Below, one piece after another: positions 47,951-61,827 of a DNA stretch of 64,000 nt. A program made the translations under genes and the position numbers. Origin of the DNA: Squalus acanthias (Eukaryota); assembly GCA_030390025.1 (NCBI GenBank), contig CM059428.1:36580001-36644000 (forward strand), written 5' to 3'. The notes under the pieces are model-generated. The model was not told where the DNA came from, searched no databases, and worked only from the letters and a program-made list of their open reading frames with translations. The stretch's first letter is position 1. Every line of letters begins with the position of its first letter.

Positions 47951-48829
47951 GCCTGACAGGCGCATCAAAGCTGTACGTGGAGAACTTGTTGGAGCATTTA
48001 GAAGATGGGATAGGTAAGTTTATAGGTATGTTTGTGTTATTTTTGTCCTGGTTTTCTGACTTTTCCAGGTACTTGTGTTATCTTTAGGGCTATATAGTCA
48101 AGTGTGAGGAACAGTAATCCCTGCTGTTAGAATGTGATCGAGCCAATCAATCAGAAACTGCACTGCAGATGGTTCTGAGATCTGATTGGACCCAAGTTAC
48201 TTGTTTCTGATATTTGATTGGTTCCTGGTTTTTGGGAACTAATTGGTCAAAGGAGTGCTCATTAATATAGTATTACAAAAGGCACAGACACAACACTTCC
48301 ACTAATATAGATGTATGAAGTACAGAAAATGCTGGAAGTACACAGCATGACCGTCAATGTATGTAAAGAGAAAAGACAGGTTAGTGCTTCGGGTATAACC
48401 CTTCTTTCTGATGAAGTAGATGTAGCTGACATATTAAGCTGTCCTTTCTTTGTTACAGATATCGATAAACCCATTGTGTATTTGCAGCACTTGCAGTTTT
48501 CTCTTATTTTTCGCTAGCACTACCAGGTGGTGGTAAGGACATCAATTTCTCACCCAGTGCTCCTGAACAAATTTGCTAATGTACCAAGATGCACAATCAC
48601 CTCACGTCACACGGTGGAAGTTTGCTAAAGGCAGACTGTGTAGCAGGTGTGTGGTTTTAAAAGCCTAGTTGTGAAATGATTGAAACGGATAATAGTTCTT
48701 TTCCCCATTATGCCTAGCAGATGATGATGTCATTGAGCTAGCCTGTTGTGGTGTGTATAACTCAGGGGAGGGGAATTGACCAAAGAATAGCTTTGTGGCA
48801 AAGGGGTGTGCACGTGGAGCGGGAGGGTG

Positions 48830-49305
48830 AAACTTAGGAACATAGCAACAGGAGTTGGCCATTCAGCCCCTCGAGCCTTTACGCCATTCAATTAGATCAT
48901 GGCTGATCTGTATCTTACCTCCCTCCACCCGCCTTGGTTCCATATCCCTTAATACCCTTGCCAAATGTTCCCGCTCCAGGGATCCCGCGCAGCCAGCTTG
49001 CCTGCTTTTCAATACAAAAACTGCTGAACAAAAATCTATTGATCTCAGTTCTGAAATTATCAAGTGACCTAGTCTCAACAGCTCTTTGGGGAAGAGAGTT
49101 CCAGATCACCCCGAACAGCTTAGCTCTAATTTTACGTTTACACCCCCTCGTTAAGGACTCCCACCACCCCCCCCCCCCCCCCCCCCCACCCCAGAGGAAA
49201 TAGTTTTTTTCTATCTACCCTATCAAATTATTTAATCATCTTAGGCACTTCAATTAGATCACCCCTTAATCTTCTATACTCAAGGGAATACAGGCCTAAT
49301 TTATA
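48830..49305 (-). mobile_element. CR1 3' fragment with a small family-B MITE remnant at about 48962-49025
   Basis: IWNSLPQRAVETRSL; 3' UTR GGCCATTCAGCCCCTCGAGCC. Confidence 0.75.
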
Positions 49306-50085
49306 CAGAGGCTCGTGTTTGACATTAGAGTTAGTTTGAATGAGTTAGGTTAACAACATATTTAGTTATAAAATGCAGCTTCCACACAGCTCATGTTTGG
49401 AGAAGATTGACTTCAAACCTGCGAAACCGGTGGACTTTCATTTTATACTGAGGACTGTAGGCGAGTTCTAGTAAAGTGCTTTCTAAATTGTTCTGCTGGA
49501 GTTTCCCTTTAATACTTCACCAACACTGCAAAGCTCTGATTACAGCACTAAATCCTTGCTGCTAGCAAATGATGTGTGAACTGCCTGGGTTTATTACTCC
49601 ACATCCATACAGAAGAAACCTGTCAAATAGTCAGAAGCCTGTCAAATAATCAGCAAGTTTATCTTGTGAAGTCTCGTGTCCTACACAGGTCAAAATGTAA
49701 GCAACAGAACTTGTGGCCTGCAACATGCCTGCATCGCTGAAGACAATTACCTAATTTAGACAACTTGGTTTGGAGATGTTTCCAGTCAGATAACATTGAT
49801 TTCACCTCATGAAAACCACCTTACTGCAGTAAGACAACTTTGTGTCCTTAGTGCCTTGACGGCACATCTGGTGCTGCCCGCCAGTGCAGTATTTCAACAT
49901 TCTCCTCTGTCAGATGTTGCAGCTTTCAGTCAGCCCCACATAAAAACAAACCCCATTTTCACTCTACTCTTAAGAACAGCACAGAAGCCCAGAAGGTAAA
50001 TGGACCAAGATCCGTGGGGCTTAGCCAGACAAACCAGGAATGACCACTACACTCGGCCTCAGTGGCCCCAGATGAGTGGTGAGGG

Positions 50086-50354
50086 TAGGGTTCGCCAACA
50101 CTGGTAGGACATATTCCTGGAGGTTACATCACATGACCTCCCGCCTGCAACCGCCCTGCCCAGTCAAACGGCCATTTCCCCCCCCTCCCCACCCCAAAAC
50201 CATCTGCAATATTTTCATAACTAATAAACAAAAATGTTCAAAGGAAATGAACGCCCCTGTGATTTTTCTCCCTGGGTTGCTCGCAGCAGTGTCCAGGAGA
50301 TTAAACATCAATTCCCGGAGACTCCAGGACAATCCTGGCGGGTTAGCAGCCCTA
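50086..50354 (-). mobile_element. hAT-type MITE family A
   Basis: TAGGGTTCGCCAAC / GTTAGCAGCCCTA with perfect 8-bp TSD GGTGAGGG. Confidence 0.9.
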
Positions 50355-50649
50355 GGTGAGGGGTGGGGGATTCAACCAGGGTTGCTGCTCCTGATGGCTG
50401 TCCCCACTGGAATGTGTGGAGGCTGGTTGAGAACAGAATTGAGTTCGGCTATAAATCACCCACTTCCCTACGGTCATGTGAAGAGTGGCTAATTGGGCAA
50501 AGTACCAATTGGGTGCTGGCAGCCTTGGAAGCGTATACCAGCCAAAATCATTGCTTGCAGAAGGATGAAGCAGAGCAATAGGAGAAACACAAATAAAGTG
50601 CATTAGCCAGGCCTCAGAAACAAAAAGGCTAGGCCTAAAAATTTTCATG

Positions 50650-50776
50650 ATGCAGAGATGCCGGTGTTGGACTGGGGTGGACAAAAGTGAGAAGTCGCAC
50701 AACACCAGGTTATAGTCCAACAGTTTTATTTGAAATCACAAGCTTTCGGAGCGGCTGCTCCTTCGTCAGGTGAAGT
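50650..50776 (-). mobile_element. Penelope-like terminal-repeat fragment with hammerhead-like motif
   Basis: Reverse complement of 10953-11044 plus an extension. Confidence 0.6.
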
Positions 50777-51109
50777 AAAGGAATACAAAATCGACAAAGC
50801 ATATATAGATAGAGAACAATGCATGTGTAACTTACAATGGCAGACGACTACATTTAATCCTCCTGACTGTTTATCTGCCGAGGTGTGACAAAAGGCAATC
50901 AGGTCAGCCAGGAAGGCACCACATCAAAGACATAGCAAGATACAACTGAGACAATGAGGTGGGGTTACAGGGGGTCTAATGTGTCAAAAGCTGCAGTCGG
51001 TATGGAAAACAATAAACTTTAAAAATTTTACTTTTTTACTGTGAATTTTCAGTCCTCCGATAGGTAACACAAATCCAACTACCATAGGCCGTAGCAACCA
51101 CACAGCACA

Positions 51110-51468
51110 GTAGTGCAGCCATCTATCCAGGAATGCCCTGGAATCTCCAGGAATTAAAGACTAATCTCCAGAACACTGCTGCGAGCAACCCAGGAGAAAA
51201 ATCATAGGAGCGACAAAAAAAAGTGTTTTTTAATTTTCTTTGAACACTTTTGTTTACTAGTTATAAAAATAATGGACATGGGAATAAAGGCTGTTGACTG
51301 ACAGTCAAGAATCATCCAATCAGATAAGAAAGAGTCTGGGAAGGCGGTGTACCGCGAGGATTGACGTGTTGGGTGACCAGTGGCAGACGTTTGGGGGCGG
51401 GAAGGTTGGAGGCAGGTGGTCAAGTGATGACACATCCAGGAATATGTCCAACCAGAGTTTGCAACCGT
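51110..51468 (+). mobile_element. hAT-type MITE family A, decayed ends
   Basis: Internal match to 20326-20658. Confidence 0.78.
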
Positions 51469-51657
51469 ACAGCACAGGCTGCTCAGAGCTCATACCACTC
51501 TACACATCTGTGCCAAAAAAAAACATGAAATAATGCACCCCCACCCAGAATTTGAAAAACTTCTTACAGAAACAGAATGCCTAATAGCAACAGGGGTGAT
51601 GCGGCTTTTCTCACATAGACCTACAGAACTAACTCATGACTTTGTTGCTCCTGGGTG

Positions 51658-52095
51658 CTAGCTTGGCTCAGTGGTACCGTGCTGGACTTTGAGTCAGAAT
51701 GCAATGGGTTCAAGTGCCACTCCCAGGCTTGAGCACATAATCCAGGCTAACACTTCAGTGGAGAGAGTGCTGCACTGTTAGAAATGCCATCTTTTGGATA
51801 AAAGGTTAAACCAGGGTCCCAGCTGCATGTTCAGCTGGATGTAGAAGATTCTGTGGCACTATTCAAAGACGAGCAGAGCCTTCACCTCGCTGATATTTAG
51901 CCCACAAACCAACTCCAAATCTATTAGATTAACTGGTCATTTATCTCATTGCTGTTTGTGAGAGCTTGTTCTGCACAAATTGGCTGCTGTGTTTTCTACA
52001 TTACAACAATGGCTACACTTCAAAAGTAATTTATTGGCTGTGAGGTGTTTTGGGACATGGGATAGGCACTATAGAAATGCAAGTTCATTCATTCT
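51658..52095 (+). mobile_element. Deu-domain SINE
   Basis: Same family as 4855, more diverged. Confidence 0.75.
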
Positions 52096-52577
52096 TTGAG
52101 TTACAAAATCGGCCTAACTGGTGAGAAACATTACCAGCCCTGTTCTTGTCAAGTATCCTCTATTTATTTGGTGATAGTGCAAAAATTCAACAACAGTGTA
52201 ATCTTTATCAACAGTTCTTACAAAGTCATGTACTACATGATTTTGTACAATGGGGCACGCTGTACTTCTGTGCATGGTGACCTTGGACTATACTGTTGCA
52301 CTCTCGCTACTAATACACAGTTATTATTGCATTAAATCAGACATCCACTAAGAAAGCTACATCAAACGAGCTGTAAGCACAACAGGATCCGATTCTGTGC
52401 AGTTTAAAGGAAACTAGGCTAACCACATATTTTTGCGTCTGTTGTTATAGTCTTGAAGAAGTTTTAATTTTAATAGAAGAATTCAGACTTATAATTGGAA
52501 CCCTTTGAAATATAGATAATGATTGGGAGAAAAAAATTGTAATGCATTTCTGCAGGAATGAGGACTGGAGATTTAAA

Positions 52578-53062
52578 GAAAGAAATAATTGCCTCTCACG
52601 TCTTCAGGATGTCCCAGTCAGTGAATTTGTTTTTGAAGTGTAGTCATTGTTGTTATTTAGGCAAACATGGCAGCCAATTTGTACACAGGAAGATTCCACA
52701 AACAATGAGATAAATTATGAGTTCATCTGTTTTTTGTTGTGTTGGTTGAGAGATAAATGACAGCCAAAATACCAGGAGAACTCCCTGCTCTTCTTTGAAT
52801 CGTGCCATGGGATGTTTTACATCCACCTGAACAGGCTGATGGGGTCTCGTTTCAATTTTTCATTTGAATGATGGCACCTTCCTCAGTACGGTACTGAAGT
52901 GTCAGCCTAGATTATGTGCTCAAGTCTCTGTAGTGCGACTTGAATCCACAAATATCTTCTCAAGGGCAATTAGGGATGGGTAATAAATGCTGGCCTTGTC
53001 AACAACACCTACATCCCGTGAATGAATAAAGATAACATCTGACTCAAGAGGCAAGAGTTCCA
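52578..53062 (-). mobile_element. Deu-domain SINE with a short LINE-tail insertion (about 52955-53032)
   Basis: Same family as 4855; insert TTCTCAAGGGCAATTAGGGATGGGTAATAAATGCTGGCC. Confidence 0.72.
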
Positions 53063-54334
53063 CTTAACACTTCACTTTCCCTCACTGGTATTGAATGTAA
53101 ACAGCTGTATTATGCATCAAATTAACATTAGATTGTTCTGTATTAGAAAGTATATATTCTGAAGCTCCAACTCACCGTGTCATGATACTGCATTGATTTG
53201 TGCTTGGAACCTCCCCCAGACACCAGCACAGGGTATTTAAATTAGCCAATAGGCAAGTCCACTTGGGATTTTTCTGGCCACATCCTAGCTATCTCTTCAA
53301 GGTTGGCATATGTGGAGATCCTAAGCAAATTCAACTGGGGACCCGTCCTCTAGACAAGTTGTGCAAACAAGAAATAGGACTTCCTGTGAGTACAATAAAA
53401 CTGCAAAGCTGCTTAGACAGAATGGGCTCACTATTTTGTTAAACACATCGCAAATGGAGGAGGTCTTCCCTGTTGGTTTGTGTTCAGTGCAAACAAAATG
53501 GAGCAAGCATACAGACAAAAAATAGAGATGATAGAAGAAGAAACTACTATAACATTTTTAGTTTCCTGGAGATAGAAGAGAATCCCGGTTTGTGCAGGAA
53601 AGTGACATGAACAACCATTACCGTGCGGGTGATAAACATGGAATTTGGTGACAGTTAATCCAGGGGGGGTGACAGGAACCAGCTTCCATCAGGATTTGGT
53701 CATACATTGTTTCAATTACAGCAATATTTATTGGTGGAAGGGTCTAAGTGGGCAATGACTTCTAATGAATGGTCTTTGGGTAGGCCCATTTCCTTCAGCA
53801 GCTTATTTCAGGAATTCCACTATAGACCTACCCATTCATGAAAATACTCTGGCCTAGAAATCCGCAGTCTTACCACTGTCCCATTTTGGGGAATAAAATG
53901 GCAGCCGCCGCATTTCTGCCTGCTGTCGGCGGGTCCTGCGGCGGCCGCCATTTTCGGCTGGGTGGCAGGACTGCCAAAGTCCGCGCTGTCTAGCGATATG
54001 GAAATTATGCAGATCGTGACGTCAGTGAGTGCACAACGCTCACCTGCCATTTTGGAGTGCGCCGCTCAACTTACCGGCCTTTGTTAACGGTGACCAGCTG
54101 ACCAAGCATTGATGAGCAGGAATGAGGCGCCAGCAGCGTTATTAAAAGGGATCATCAGCAACTACTAGCAGCTGGCATGTTTGTTCAGTTTGACTGGCTC
54201 TGTGCAACTTTCTGCAACTCTAGCAGCTTTCTAAACTTCTTTCAAGGTCCTAGGGTGACGGGGAGTGTTGGGGCAAGTGGAGAACGCCTTCATTCTTATT
54301 TAAAGGCTTCTGCTCACAACACTTGCTCACAGTC

Positions 54335-55504
54335 ATGGGGGGTCTACTTGCAGTCCCCTCGTGCTCGAGTATCTTCGGGAGAGGGAGCGGAGGCAGCGAA
54401 GAGAAGATATGCGCAGAGGGAGGAGTAGGAGGACCAGGAAGGCACTCAATAGGAGGCCTCACCCACCTGGGTTCTTCCGAGAGCACTTCTCTTATATCCA
54501 CTTAAGCAAGGAGCTGTGTATTAGAAGGCTACGCTTCAGCAAAGAGGTGGTCACAGAACTCTGCCCCCTCCTGCAACCAGACCTGCAGCCTCAGAGCAGG
54601 GTACCCACAGCTCTTGCAGTGACCCTCAAGGTCACCGTGGCACTCAATTTCTTCACCAGTGGATCTTTCCAGTTTGCAGCAGGAGACATAGCTAACATCT
54701 CCCAGTTCGCCGTCCATTGCTGCATCTGAGAGGTCACAGAGGCTCTGTACACCAGGAGAGGACGTTTTCTTCTCTCTGAACAGAGAGAAGCAGGAGGAGC
54801 GCGCATGTGGTTTTGCCAGGATAGCGGGCTTACCCATGGTGCAAGGCACCATTGACTGCACACACGTGGCTTTGCGGGCACCTCATAACAATCCTGACAT
54901 CTTCTGTAACCGCAAAGGCTACCACTCACTTAATGTGCAGTTGTTGTGTGACCACGCCAAGCGCTTCCTGATGGTCAATGCCCGCTATCCTGGCAGCAGT
55001 CATGGTGCCTTCATCCTGCGTCAGTCCGCTGTGCCAGCAATCTTCCAGCCACCACATCAAACCCAAAGGTGGCTGCCTGGAGATAAGGGCTATCCACTCT
55101 GCACCTGGCTGATGACTCCCCTCCACAACCCCAACACCCCAGCCTAGCACTCCTATAATGAGAGCCATGCTGCCACCAGGAACATCATCGAGCAGCCCAT
55201 CGGGCTGCTGAATCAATGGTTTCGCTGCCTTGACCACTCGGGAGGAGCCCTCCAGTACTCGGCGGAGCAGGTGTCCCATTTCTTGGTTGTCTGCTGCATG
55301 CTTTGCAACTTGGCCATCATGAGGGCGCAGCCCTTGCCAGCAGGGATTGTGGGACCACCTCAGGAAGAGGACAAGGGAGAGGAGGAGGAGGAGGAGGTGG
55401 ACGAGGAGGAGGAGGAAGAGGAGGAGGACGAGGAGGAAGTGAGGAGGCAGGCAGCAAATCCCCCTTTGGCACGGGCTGTCCGTGAACGCCTCATTGGACT
55501 CTGA
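54335..55504 (+). pseudogene. Harbinger transposase pseudogene
   Basis: ALNFFTSGSFQ, GTIDCTH, RKGYHSLNVQLLCD, YPGSSH, GDKGYP; stops at 54727 and 55145 plus frameshifts; poly-Glu tail. Confidence 0.92.
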
Positions 55505-55684
55505 TTCAAGTGAATGAAACCCCAGATCCCCGTTGCTCACCACATCCCCGTCATACCATCCCTCTGTCACAGAATATCACAGCGTCATCCAGGGCAAAAA
55601 GCTGAAATGAGAGCCACCCCAAAATAAAGATTCCAAACAAAATTAACAAATTTAATAAATTTATTCAATTCAAAAATACAACAA

Positions 55685-57651
55685 CTAATCACCATTGTGC
55701 AATCCCTTCGTGCCTGTCATTCGGGTGCCCTTTTCTGCTCTGGTACTCCTATGCAGTGCTCCCCCAGTGGCTGCGGCATGGCTGGTGGAAGGCTGCTGAG
55801 TTTCCGTGGGGGAGACTTCAGATGGCCTTGCAGGGTGACCTCGACCAGCTCTGGACCTAGAAGGCCCGGCTGTAGACTGCACCACCTCGGCATGGGCGGC
55901 AGCAGTCTGGGCTGGCTGGCTCACAGGCAACGGCAAGGGCAATGGCGGAGTGGCAGAGGTGGGAATAGGAATGCTGTCATCCTGAGAGAGGACAGCAGGT
56001 TCCTGCTCCACAGACCCACTGCCACTCCCCCGGGGTGGTGCCTCAGCTTTCCTAGCAATCTGTTGGAGCACAGATTTCTGGGCTGCTGCGACACCCTGCA
56101 AGCCCCGTTCAACACTGGTAAACCCATCTACGATGGCAGCAGTCTGAGCTTGGGTGGCAGCTAGCTGCGACTGCATGAGAGCAGTCTGATCTTGCGTGGC
56201 AGCAAGCTGAGACTGCAGGACAGCAGCCTACACTTCTACTGCAGCACTAAGATGTTGGGTCACTTCCTATTGTGCTGCAGTGGCAGCTGCAACATCACCC
56301 ACCACAAGCAGCATTATGTCTGGGTCGATACGGTGTGTCCTGGTGTTGTCCATCATTTCCATCCTGGAAATCATGGACTCCAAGCTCTGCGCAAAGCCCC
56401 GGCCAATGTTTGAGCCGGACTCCTCCATGCTCCTTGACATTGCCAAGAGGCTCTTTAGCGGGCGTGCCATTGCACCTAGCAATTCGGTGTGCATGCCTAT
56501 CATCCTTCTTCTGAAGGCTGCCCCATCGAGGTCCTCATCAGAGTCGTGTGCAGCAGAATTAGCGTACGAAATCACCCTCCGTGGAGCTGGCCCCTGAGCT
56601 ACCCCTTCCCCCGGCCTTGCTGCAGCCCACTCGTGCCCGGTGCCTCACCATGTGCAGATCCCGCATCGACACTACCCTCGACATTACGCACAGTGCCAGT
56701 TTCTGAGTTGGTGTCTGCGAGTGTCAGATGCAGTGATGGTGTGTCTTCTTCTTCGCCTTTGATCGCCTCCATCACCTCGGGGACAGGCTCTGTGGCTGCC
56801 AGTTCTTGGTTATCTGAAAGCAGAAAGGCACAAGAGTCAGGTTGTGGTGAGTGGGGTTGTGGAAGCAAGATTTGCATGCATACACCATCAGCAGCTTGTA
56901 AGTGAGAAGAGATTGTGGGATGAGGGGGAAGTGGGATGTGAGAAGAAGGGTTAGGAATGAGCAGACCGTTGTTGTTCCCAATGGCTTGAACTTCGCCCGT
57001 TGCCACGGCCTCAGTGTCTTCCCTTCCAATGATGTCGAGCACGCTCTCCTCCAGTTGGTTCCAGGCCTGTATTGCTGCTTACCCCCCATCTGTCTGCCAC
57101 TGCTCCCGGCGATTGTGAGCGACCTTAGCCTGCAAGAGAAAGGGAAGTGTGTCAGTGAGCGTGGTGCAATGCGTTTGGGTGATGTGCCTGCCATAGTTGA
57201 ATAGCTGTCAGTGTGCGCAAGGTGTGAAATGTGGGTGTGAGTGTTGCAGCAGTGGTAAAGTTGTGAGGGTGAAGTGAAGCAATGATTGTGAGGCGTGAGT
57301 GGTGAAAGGTAGAGATTGTTGGTAGGTGAGTGATGGGGATGTGGTGCATTGAGCAGTGTGTGAAGCTTGTGGTGCAGATGGTGGGATATGGTATTTGCTG
57401 AAGCCGCCACTCACCTTGACCAGTCGTGTGGTAAACTTCTTGTGGCACTGTATCCATGATCTGGGGGACTACACTGTTGGCCGTCACGTATGCAGGTATG
57501 TCCTGCCAGATCCTTCTAGACGTATGGGCAGATGGTTTCCTGCCGGTCTGCGGGAAGAGGACAGTCCGCCTCCTCTCCACGGTTCCACCAGTGTCTCCAG
57601 AGCCGCATCTGAGAAGCGTATAGCTCTCTCCCTCTGCTGCTGCTCAGCCAT
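55685..57651 (-). pseudogene. Harbinger Myb/SANT-like gene, 3 exons (57651-57415, 57129-~56966, 56814-55685), frameshifted
   Basis: MAEQQQRERAIRFSDAALETLVE / ERRRTVLFP...RRIWQDI; same exon layout and C-terminus (QTAAAHAEVVQSTAGPSR) as 8074-9817. Confidence 0.82.
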
Positions 57652-58037
57652 CTCTTGCAATTCACTACTGAATCCAAGTGGAACTAAAAATAGATTGATA
57701 ATGAGGAGCTGCTGCATCAAAGAACCTCCCCTTTAAGCAGTGGAGAAAGCCGAGGCAAAACATGACTTGCAATTAGACTGCACCCGATATTGGCCCACCT
57801 GTTGAGCGGTAAGCCAATGAGCAGTGGGTTTAGCACTGAGATCAGCACTATAATCATGTAAATGAGCACTGAGCACAAATTTTCATGTTACCTGGACCAC
57901 TTTGACCTGGCACAGCTAAATAGCGCTGGGCCATGACACCGCCTGTTTTCAGGCCACATCCAATTTCTAGGCCAACAGTTGCTGTAGTGTAACCTTTTAG
58001 AACAGAAATTGTTTTCGATATTTTTTTGCAGTGCATC

Positions 58038-58455
58038 TGTGGTAGCACCCTCGCCTGAGTCAGAAGATTATGGGTTCAAGTCCCACTCCAGAGATTTAAG
58101 CACATAATCTAGGCTGGCACTTCCGTACAACACTGAGGGAGTGCTGCACTGTCGGAGGTGCCGTCTTTTGGATAAGACGTTAAACCAAGGTCCCCTCTGC
58201 CCTCTCAGGTGCATGTAAAAGATCCAATGGCACTAGTGGAAGAGATATTTATCCTTCAGTCAGCATGACTAAAACAGATTATCTGAACATGTATTTCATT
58301 GCTGTTTGTGGGACCTTGCTGTGCACAAATTGGCTGCTTTGTTTCTCTTCATTGCAAGAGTGACTGCACTTCAAAAGTACTTCATTGGTTGTAAAGCATT
58401 TTGGGACATCCTGAGGTCCTAAAAGGCTCTATATAAATGCAGGTCCTTTCCTTCC
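58038..58455 (+). mobile_element. Deu-domain SINE
   Basis: Same family as 4855. Confidence 0.8.
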
Positions 58456-58513
58456 CTTCAAAAAAAAGCTAAGATGGAGAGAAAGCTTACACAACCCTTA
58501 CATCCCTGCCCGC

Positions 58514-58905
58514 ACAACTTGCATTTATATAGCGCCTTTAACATAGTAAAACGTCCGAAGGTGCTTCACAGGAGCGTTATCACCCAAATATTGACATTGA
58601 GCCACATAAGGAGATATTCAGACAAATGATCAAAAGTTTGGTCAAAGAGGTAAGTTTTAAGGAGCGTCTTAATGGAAGAAAGAGAGGTGGAGGGGTGGTT
58701 AGGTTTAGGAGGGAATTCCAGGGCTCAGGGGCTGGACAGCTGAAGGCACGGCCGCCAATGGTGGGTGAAGGAAGTCAGAGATGCACAAGAGGTCAGAATT
58801 GGAGGCACGCAGACTTCTCAGAGGTTCATAGTGCTGGAAGAGATTACAGAGATAGGAAGGGTAGGGGCCTTGGAGAGATTTGAACACCAGGATGAGAATT
58901 TTAAC
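58514..58905 (-). mobile_element. L2 3' fragment
   Basis: KILILVFKSLQGPYPSYLCNL; tail ACAACTTGCATTTATATAGCGCC. Confidence 0.85.
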
Positions 58906-59744
58906 CAGCCAAACATATGTATTCTCCTGTAAATACTGTGACAGCAGCTCCACAAAATGCTCATCATTCTTTTCTCCGGGTAAAAAAAACTAATATCAAA
59001 GAACAAATGTATCTTGGCAACACCGATCCCTAGTCCTCCGTGAACAGACAGGGCTACATCTCTCACCATGACTCTTTAAACAAGAAAACCGCTGTGCCTT
59101 TTAGAGTTCTGTAAAGTACTGGACGTTTTATTTTGCAGGCTACAAAGCCTGGCAACAGACAGTGCAAGGTTCCAGGCATTCAGCATCGCTTTCAGTGCGA
59201 TCCCTACGACAGTGCTGCTTGGCTTCAGCTCGCGCTGCCTGGAAACATCCCAGAATGTGGCTTTGGTCTGCTGCTGGTGTCTGTGAGCCAAAATACACAG
59301 CAATTTACAAGGTTCTATTTCCCATTCATTTCAAGAGGATGCAGATTAAGCATATTTTAAATGCAACCATTGCAAGCCACTGGTAGATCGGAGTCAATTT
59401 TCCAATGTACAAGGGTGTAGGTTCTATAGAACAGAGAACAGCTGCTAAAACATGGTGCACCATCATTATTGGGAGGACTGGACTCCATTTCTCATTCAAA
59501 TGGAACACAAAGCAGTCTGAAAGGATTACAGACCGATGAAGAGCATAAGGAAATATAAGTTGAAGAAAATATCTCAAATGGTCACAAAGAAGACTTTACA
59601 TTTGAATAAAAAATAGAAGGAAAATCCTATTAAAATCCACGGCTCCCTACGGTGCAATGTGATGGTCTGCAACTGTGGGACGCCTCACCCCCAAAGGGCA
59701 TGAGCATTGTTTTCACAGAGAATCTGGTACTCTCTCCCCCAAAT

Positions 59745-59976
59745 AGGGACATAGGAACAGGAGTAGGCCATTCAGCCCCTCGAGCCTGTTCAATTAGATC
59801 ATGGCTGATCTGTATCTTGACTCCATCTACCTGCCTTGGTTCCATATCCCTTAATATCCGTACCTCACAAAAATCTATCGATCTCAGTTTTAAAAATTTT
59901 AATTGGCCGAGCCTCAACAGCTTTTTGGAAGCGAAAGTGCCAGATTTCCACTAACCTTTGTGTGAAGAAGTGCTTT
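59745..59976 (-). mobile_element. CR1 3' fragment
   Basis: Same 3' UTR as 48830 and 13968. Confidence 0.78.
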
Positions 59977-60600
59977 TTAAAAATTTGTTTATGGGATGTG
60001 GGCGTCACTGGCAAGGCCAGCATTTATTGCCCATCCCTAATTGCCCTTGAGAAGGTGGTGGTGACCCGCCTTCTTGAACCGCTGCAGTCCATGTGGTGAA
60101 GGTACTCCCACAGTGCTGTTAGGTAGGGAGTTCCAGGATTTTGACCCAGCGACAATGAAGGATCGGCGATATACTTCTAAGTCAGGATGGTGTGTGACTT
60201 GATGGGGAACTTAGAGGTGGTGGTGTTCCCTAGCACCTGCTGCCCTTGTCCTTCTAGGTGGAAGAGGTCATGGGTTTGGGAGGTGCTGCCGAAGAAGCCT
60301 TGGCGAGTTGCTGCAGTGCATCTTGTAGATGGTAAACACGGCAGCCACGGTACGCCGGTGGTGGAGGGAGTGAACGTTTAAGGTAGTGGATGGGGTGCCA
60401 ATCAAGTGGGCTGCTTTGTCCTGGATGGTGTCGAGCTTCTTGAGTGTTGTTGGAGCTGCACTCATCCAGGCAAGTGGAGAGTATTCCATCACACTCCTTA
60501 CTTGTGCCTTGTCGATGGTAGAAAGGCTTTGGGAAGTCAGGAGGTGAGACACTCGCCGCAGAATACCCAGCCTCTGACCTGCTCTTGTTGCCACAGTATT
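59977..60600 (-). mobile_element. Non-LTR retrotransposon 3' fragment (CR1/L2-group RT C-terminus, distinct family)
   Basis: AGQRLGILRRVSHLLTSQSLSTIDKAQVRSVMEYSPLAW...LDTIQDKAAHLIG...SLHHRR. Confidence 0.82.
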
Positions 60601-60739
60601 CTTCCTGATGTTATCTCTGAACAAACTAGCTCTAACTCTAGGGTTATGCCCCCTGGATGCTGGGACAATTGGAGCCTTCAAGACTAAGATAGATAGATTT
60701 TTGTTAGGTAAGAGTATGAAGGTTTATGGAGCTAAGGCA

Positions 60740-61634
60740 ACAACAACAACTTCCATTTATATAGTGCTTTTAATGTAGTGAAATGTCCCAAGGCGCTTCA
60801 CAGGAGCGTTATCCAACAAAATATGACACCGAGTTGCGTAAGGAAATATTAGGACGTTTGATCAAAAGCTTGGTCAAAGAGGTAGGCTTTAAGGTGCGAC
60901 AAAAGAGGAGAGAGAGATAGACAGGCAGAGAGGTTTAAGGAGGGAATTGCAGAGCCTAGGAGCTAGACAGCTGAAGGCACGGCCGTTAGTGGTGGAGCAA
61001 TTAAAATCAGGGACGCACAAGAGGCCATAACTGGAAGAGCGCAAAGATCTTGGAGGGTTGTAGGGCTGAAGGAGGTTACAGAGATGAGCGATCTGAAAAC
61101 AAAGATGAGAATTTTAAAATCGAGGCGCTTCTGGACAGGGAGCCAATGTAGGTCAGCAAGGACAAGGGTGATGGTTGAACGGGACTTGGTGCGAGTTGGA
61201 ATACGGGAAGCAGAGTTTTGGATTAGGTCAAGTTTAGGGTAGAAGATGGGAGGCTGGCCAGGAGAGCATTGGAATAGTCAAGTCTAGAGGCAACAAAGAC
61301 ATGGATGAGGGTTTCAGCAGCAGATGAGCTGAGGGAGGGGTGATGTCGGGCGATGTTACAGAGGTGGAAGTAGGCGGTCTCAGGGATGGAGCGGATATGT
61401 GATCGGAAGCTCAGCTCAGGGTCAAATATGACACCAAAGTTGCGAATGGTTTGGTTCAGCCTCAGACATTTGCCATGGAGAGGGATGGAGTCAGTGACAA
61501 GGGAACAGTGTTTGTGGCGGGGATCAAAGCTAATGGATTCAGTCTTCCCAATATTTAGTTGGAGGAAATTTCTGCTCCATCCAGTACTGGATGTCGGACA
61601 AGCAGTCTGACAAATTAGAGACAGTGGAGGGGTC
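60740..61634 (-). mobile_element. L2 3' fragment inserted into a plus-strand CR1 3' end (about 60600-60739 and 61635-61737)
   Basis: (CAA)n tail; NFLQLNIGKTE...SRLDYSNALL; AAGGCA on both flanks. Confidence 0.88.
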
Positions 61635-61827
61635 AAGGCAGGTAAATAGAGTTGAGGCAGAGATCAGCTATGATCTAACTGAATGGCGGAGCAGGCCCGA
61701 GGGGCTGAATAGCCCACTCCTGTTCCTAATGTTCCGATACTACACCATGAAAACTAAATCATGGAATTCAGAAGCGGACTACAAAACTGTTCAATGAAAA
61801 TTAAAAAAACTCACACCTTCATCTGTC

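Larger units (their letters stand above)
53851..57973 (+). mobile_element. Full-length but decayed PIF/Harbinger transposon (4.1 kb)
   Basis: TIR GGCCTAGAAAT / ATTTCTAGGCC; convergent transposase and Myb pseudogenes; TSD not preserved (TCT / AAC). Confidence 0.9.

Noticed and set aside
55360-55445. Poly-Glu (GAG)n tracts, also at 7625 and 28855
   Set aside because: Acidic C-terminal tail shared by all three transposases; not an independent feature.
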